A stretch of DNA of 64,000 nt, from the NCBI GenBank assembly GCA_043797085.1, contig JAZDQA010000004.1, positions 32,001-96,000 on the forward strand, written 5' to 3'. Shown in pieces: positions 59,792 to 64,000 of the stretch. Every line of letters begins with the position of its first letter. The first letter of the stretch is position 1. Position numbers and translations under genes: made by a program. The notes under the pieces were generated by a model that saw only the letters and a list, made by a program, of their open reading frames with translations, made no database searches and had not been told where the DNA came from. Source of the stretch: Pseudomonadota bacterium. GTDB taxonomy: Bacteria > Campylobacterota > Campylobacteria > Campylobacterales > Sulfurimonadaceae.

Positions 59792-61603
59792 ATGCCCGTG
59801 TTAGCTGAGAATAAAAAGTACTCGGTACTTAAAAGCGTATTTGGACATTCCTCTTTTAGAGCATTTCAAGAAGAAGCCGTTGACGCCATCATTGCCGGAG
59901 AGGATGTGATGATGATTTTACCCACGGGTGCGGGAAAATCATTGTGTTATCAAATGCCTGCTTTGTTGATGAACGGTGTGACGGTGGTGGTTTCTCCTCT
60001 TTTGGCACTGATGCACGATCAGATAACAGCGTTGTCGGCTTTTGGGATAGAGGCTGCCATGGTATCCTCCATGCAAACAGCTCAAGAGATTGAAATGACG
60101 ATGCAAAAAGCAATGAGTGCAGAGCTCAAATTTTTGTATGTTGCACCGGAGCGGTTAAAAAGTGGAGAATTTATCCGATTTTTACGCAATGTTCCGATCG
60201 ATTTTTTTGTCGTCGATGAAGCACACTGTGTCAGCGAATGGGGACATGAATTTCGTGAAGACTATCGACAGCTGCACCGTTTGCGGGAGCTTTTCCCCTC
60301 TGTGCCTATAGCCGCATTTACGGCGACGGCAACTCATTTGGTCGAGCACGATATTCTTTCTCAGCTCAGGCTTAATGATCCGGTACTCATACGGGCAAAA
60401 GTGTCAAGAGAAAACCTCACGATCACAGCACAGAATCGAAACGGAAATGGTCGTGAGCAGCTGATGGAGTTTTTGGGAAGTTATGACAATGAAAGCGGTA
60501 TCGTCTACACGTTTACTCGCAAGGAGGCGGAAGAACTGGCACAGTTTCTAAGTCTGAAGAAAATTCCTGCCCAAGCGTATCATGCAGGATTGCCGACACT
60601 GCAAAAAAATGAAACCTATCGAGCATTTTTGAATGATGAGATCAGAGTTGTTGTTGCTACCGTCGCTTTTGGAATGGGAATCGATAAAAGCAACATACGA
60701 TTCGTCGTTCACACTTCACTGCCCAAAACCATCGAGAACTACTATCAAGAGATCGGGCGAGCAGGGCGTGATGGTTTGGATGCCTCTACTTTATTACTCT
60801 TTTCTACCTCGGATTTTTTAGAGCGCCGACGAATGATCGAGTCACAACCCGAATCAGCGTATAAAAAATTAGCGTTTGAAAAGTTGGAGGCAACATCCAA
60901 GTTTGCGTCATCGCAAGTATGCCGTCATCAACTCATCGCCGAGTATTTCGATGACAGTGCCTCAGCATGCCAAACACGATGTGACAATTGCCTCCAACCC
61001 GATAAAGAGAGCATGGACATTACCCAAGAGTCACTCAAGCTCCTTTCTTGCGTTTATCGCAGCGGACAGCGGTTCGGGCTCCACTATGTTGTTGATATTT
61101 TACTAGGGTCTGGGAATGAAAAAATAGCCCAAAATGGGCATAAAACTCTCTCAGTCTATGGGATCGGAAAAGATAAAAGTCGTGGTCAGTGGCATACCAT
61201 AGGGGACAGACTTCTCGAATTAAAAGCTCTGAGACAAGGCGAATTCAAAGTGATGCAACTCGATGAATACGGATTAGAGATTATCAAAAAGTCTCTTTCC
61301 GTAACGATTCGAAAAGAGAGACTGGCAGAGAAGAAAAAAGGATCTTTCAATACGGCTAAAGTAACCTACGCTTCCGGGGAAAATCACCTTGTTTTTGAAA
61401 AATTGCGGGTGCTTAGAACGGATATTGCCAAACGAGCCGGTGTTCCTCCCTATGTCGTATTTAGTGATAAAACGCTTCAGGATATGGCAGTAAAACTGCC
61501 TAAAAATAAAGACGAAATGCTGCAAGTAGGCGGAGTAGGGGATGTGAAATTTGAGCGATACGGCGAAGCATTTTTGGCATTGTGTTTAACGCTAGATTGT
61601 TAG
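59792..61603 (+). CDS. recQ: ATP-dependent DNA helicase RecQ
   Basis: PTGAGKSLCYQ, DEAHCVSEWGHEFR, QEIGRAGRDG, Zn-binding RQC and HRDC domains. Confidence 0.96.
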   Translation: MPVLAENKKYSVLKSVFGHSSFRAFQEEAVDAIIAGEDVMMILPTGAGKSLCYQMPALLMNGVTVVVSPLLALMHDQITALSAFGIEAAMVSSMQTAQEIEMTMQKAMSAELKFLYVAPERLKSGEFIRFLRNVPIDFFVVDEAHCVSEWGHEFREDYRQLHRLRELFPSVPIAAFTATATHLVEHDILSQLRLNDPVLIRAKVSRENLTITAQNRNGNGREQLMEFLGSYDNESGIVYTFTRKEAEELAQFLSLKKIPAQAYHAGLPTLQKNETYRAFLNDEIRVVVATVAFGMGIDKSNIRFVVHTSLPKTIENYYQEIGRAGRDGLDASTLLLFSTSDFLERRRMIESQPESAYKKLAFEKLEATSKFASSQVCRHQLIAEYFDDSASACQTRCDNCLQPDKESMDITQESLKLLSCVYRSGQRFGLHYVVDILLGSGNEKIAQNGHKTLSVYGIGKDKSRGQWHTIGDRLLELKALRQGEFKVMQLDEYGLEIIKKSLSVTIRKERLAEKKKGSFNTAKVTYASGENHLVFEKLRVLRTDIAKRAGVPPYVVFSDKTLQDMAVKLPKNKDEMLQVGGVGDVKFERYGEAFLALCLTLDC

Positions 61604-61682
61604 GTTGTTGTGCATTGAGATTTTTTTGTAACTTTTTTAGTATATGATTATGTATTCATAGAATAATACTAAAGGAAACAAT

Positions 61683-62777
61683 ATGGGTTGGTTTGGCAAT
61701 GATGACGTTTTAAACAATGAGATAGTGCGTGTCAAAAAAGAGAATGAAGAACTCAAACAGCAAAACCAGCGTTTAAACGATACTCTTCATGAAAAAGAGA
61801 TGTTTATCCAATCTCAAATGACAGAGCACAAATGTGAAAATGCGTCATCCATAATGACCTATGAAAATCAGCAGCTCAAAAAAAATCTTGTTGATATTCA
61901 AGGCAACATGTCAACATCCGTTACCGCGTCAAAAGATAATATTGCACAATCGACGGCTCTTTTAGAAAATATCATCGATCTTGGAAGTAAAGCGTCTGCT
62001 ATTTCAGCAACTTTAGAGGATTTGAACCATTTGGCTTTAGATTCGATGGACACAGTTCAAGCTCTTTCTCAGCGAGCTCAGGATGTAGGCAGTATATTAG
62101 GTCTCATAAAAGATATTTCTGATCAAACGAATCTTTTGGCACTTAATGCTGCTATTGAAGCCGCTCGTGCGGGAGAACATGGTCGTGGATTTGCCGTTGT
62201 AGCAGATGAAGTACGCAAACTTGCCGACCGTACCGATAAAGCGATCAGTGAAATTAATATCTCATTGCAATCCATGAAACAAGACGTTAGCACAATCGGA
62301 GAAAAATTTGAACTGATCCAAGAGAGAATCACAGAGTCTAATAAATCTGTAGCAAGTTTCAATACCAATATGGAGCAAAATGCATCACTAATGCGTCATA
62401 CCTTTACGAACACTGCGCATACTGCGGAACGGATTTTTATGAGTTTAGCAAAACTCGATCATGTTATTTGGAAAATAAACACCTATCTCTCAGCGGTCAT
62501 GAAAAAAGAGGCATTTGTATTTGTAGATCATCATAATTGCCGACTGGGAAAATGGTATCTTGAAGGTGAAGGTGCCGATTTTTTCAAAAAAACATCCAGT
62601 TACGCATCCCTTGAAGCTCCTCACGCCATTGTCCATAACTCAACCCATAAGATTTTTGATCTAATGCAAAAAGAGAGTATCGGATCGGACGCATTTGTGA
62701 AAATATTCCAAGATATGGAACAAGCCAGTGATGATGTATTTACTATTCTCGATAAAATGCTCCACGAAAAGCAGTAA
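61683..62777 (+). CDS. Soluble methyl-accepting chemotaxis protein with C-terminal CZB zinc-binding domain (TlpD-like)
   Basis: [50 protein letters not shown]; no TM. Confidence 0.93.
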   Translation: MGWFGNDDVLNNEIVRVKKENEELKQQNQRLNDTLHEKEMFIQSQMTEHKCENASSIMTYENQQLKKNLVDIQGNMSTSVTASKDNIAQSTALLENIIDLGSKASAISATLEDLNHLALDSMDTVQALSQRAQDVGSILGLIKDISDQTNLLALNAAIEAARAGEHGRGFAVVADEVRKLADRTDKAISEINISLQSMKQDVSTIGEKFELIQERITESNKSVASFNTNMEQNASLMRHTFTNTAHTAERIFMSLAKLDHVIWKINTYLSAVMKKEAFVFVDHHNCRLGKWYLEGEGADFFKKTSSYASLEAPHAIVHNSTHKIFDLMQKESIGSDAFVKIFQDMEQASDDVFTILDKMLHEKQ

Positions 62778-62785
62778 ATAGATCT

Positions 62786-63826
62786 TTAAACAATCCAAGC
62801 CCCATCTCTATAGACAATCTCATCTCCGAGCGTAAAGCTCTGAGTGTCTGCAAAAACATCTACATGATAGGTTCCGTCGCGGCGTTTAAAGCCCGGCTTG
62901 CCATAGATACCATGTTTTGCCCCCAAAGACAAATGGACACCGCACATGCGTTCATACGTTCCGGTATCGGCAACCGTACGTGTTTTGCTAAAGGCTCTAT
63001 TGAGTCCAAGCCCTAGCTCACGAACCCAAACAACACCCCCTTCATCTCTGCGTATATTGGAGAGTATGAGGTCAAATGCCGGAGTTGAATTTTCACACTC
63101 AATCACTTGCCCTTGCTCTATAATAAGAGTAATAGGAATTTTCGGATAATTCAGCTTATAGGTAACATCGCCGAAACTAAAAATCTTTACACGTCCATTC
63201 ACCGCTCGTAAATCTTGTGCTTCGGTGAATACTTCACCCAGTGGAAACTGACCGCCGGTATTGGTCATATCCGTATAATCTCCGATATTGAGCTTGGCAG
63301 ACTCAAATGGTGATCCATACACCAAAAGTTCTCCTCCGGTGTCAAGTACCCCTCCGTCAACAGAATCTATTTTACTTTTGAGCGTACGACCTACATAACG
63401 ATAATAATCAGCATCATATGCTAATGAATCGAGGTAATAGGGTGCTTCATCATCTGACATACGGCTTAGATGGGGATGCTCGATGACTTTGATTTGACGC
63501 TTAAACAACTCGACACGTAAGCGAAAAGCATCAAGCCTAAAACTGGTAGATTGAACCAATGCCACAAAATCAGACGGCTGTAACGAAACCAATATTTCCA
63601 GTATCTCTTCAGGCGTTTGCGTATCAAAGTCAACAAATATTGCCTCAGGCAAGGAACGCTTATACCCCTGCATCAAAATGTTAGATAACATACAGCGCGT
63701 GTCATACACCACAACTGCCCGCTCTTTTGTATGATGAAAGACCTCCTTCAAAAGACCATTTAGATGATTATGTGCTGTCGAAATTAATGATTCAAGATCC
63801 GAAGAAGAGTGCAAACTTTCATTCAT
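62786..63826 (-). CDS. Aminopeptidase T/M29-like metallopeptidase homolog
   Basis: GQFPLGEVF, RELGLGLN, ERMCGVHLSLG, HVD motifs. Confidence 0.6.
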   Translation of the reverse strand: MNESLHSSSDLESLISTAHNHLNGLLKEVFHHTKERAVVVYDTRCMLSNILMQGYKRSLPEAIFVDFDTQTPEEILEILVSLQPSDFVALVQSTSFRLDAFRLRVELFKRQIKVIEHPHLSRMSDDEAPYYLDSLAYDADYYRYVGRTLKSKIDSVDGGVLDTGGELLVYGSPFESAKLNIGDYTDMTNTGGQFPLGEVFTEAQDLRAVNGRVKIFSFGDVTYKLNYPKIPITLIIEQGQVIECENSTPAFDLILSNIRRDEGGVVWVRELGLGLNRAFSKTRTVADTGTYERMCGVHLSLGAKHGIYGKPGFKRRDGTYHVDVFADTQSFTLGDEIVYRDGAWIV

Positions 63827-64000
63827 TATTTTTTTCCTACTTGTGATGAAGATAAATATCTTTTAATGGACGAAGTATAGCTTAGCTGATATATGATGAA
63901 CTAAATAAATGTGTCAATCATTGAGGGCATTCCATGGTAAATTAATCGCTCAAAAGATAGAATTGCTCGAATCATTTTAATTACAAGGGCATTTTATGAA

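Noticed and set aside
61612..61640. Possible fourth MITE end (GCATTGAGATTTTTTTGTAAC)
   Set aside because: Short, AT-rich partial match with no partner terminus.

Overview
This is a 64-kb chromosomal window from a Campylobacterota (epsilonproteobacterial) chemolithoautotroph. Gene content and order resemble Sulfuricurvum/Sulfurimonas; this assignment is an inference. Most of the window is core genome: secA-lolCE, mltG, a reductive-TCA cluster (icd-mdh-fumC-sucCD-HMA-oorDABC), RNase P RNA, a cytoplasmic SdhABE-type fumarate reductase, thiL-truD-psd, the ychF/pepA/trpB/apt/rpiB/lepB/folD run, hemL, rpoD, flgFG with a sigma54 promoter, two adenylate kinases, aspS, recQ and a CZB chemoreceptor. 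The unusual parts are: (1) an AT-rich three-gene islet at 11.8-14.9 kb (TM-TPR-HhH protein, Abi-alpha-like protein, RxxxxH HEPN protein) associated with apparent 5' and 3' remnants of a type IIG restriction-modification gene, making it a candidate swapped-in anti-phage locus; (2) three ~165-170 bp MITE-like elements with shared inverted termini but different palindromic cargo; (3) an islet flanked by a 54-bp duplication of the lolA 3' end; (4) one or two minus-strand structured RNAs upstream of mltG; (5) an operon of a substrate-binding-like protein, an SCO copper chaperone and a His-rich membrane GGDEF-EAL protein; (6) an EF-hand/polyproline protein with a two-component system and CzcD; (7) a minimal SufCB (SMS-type) Fe-S system. 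All family assignments come from motif recognition, not database searches.
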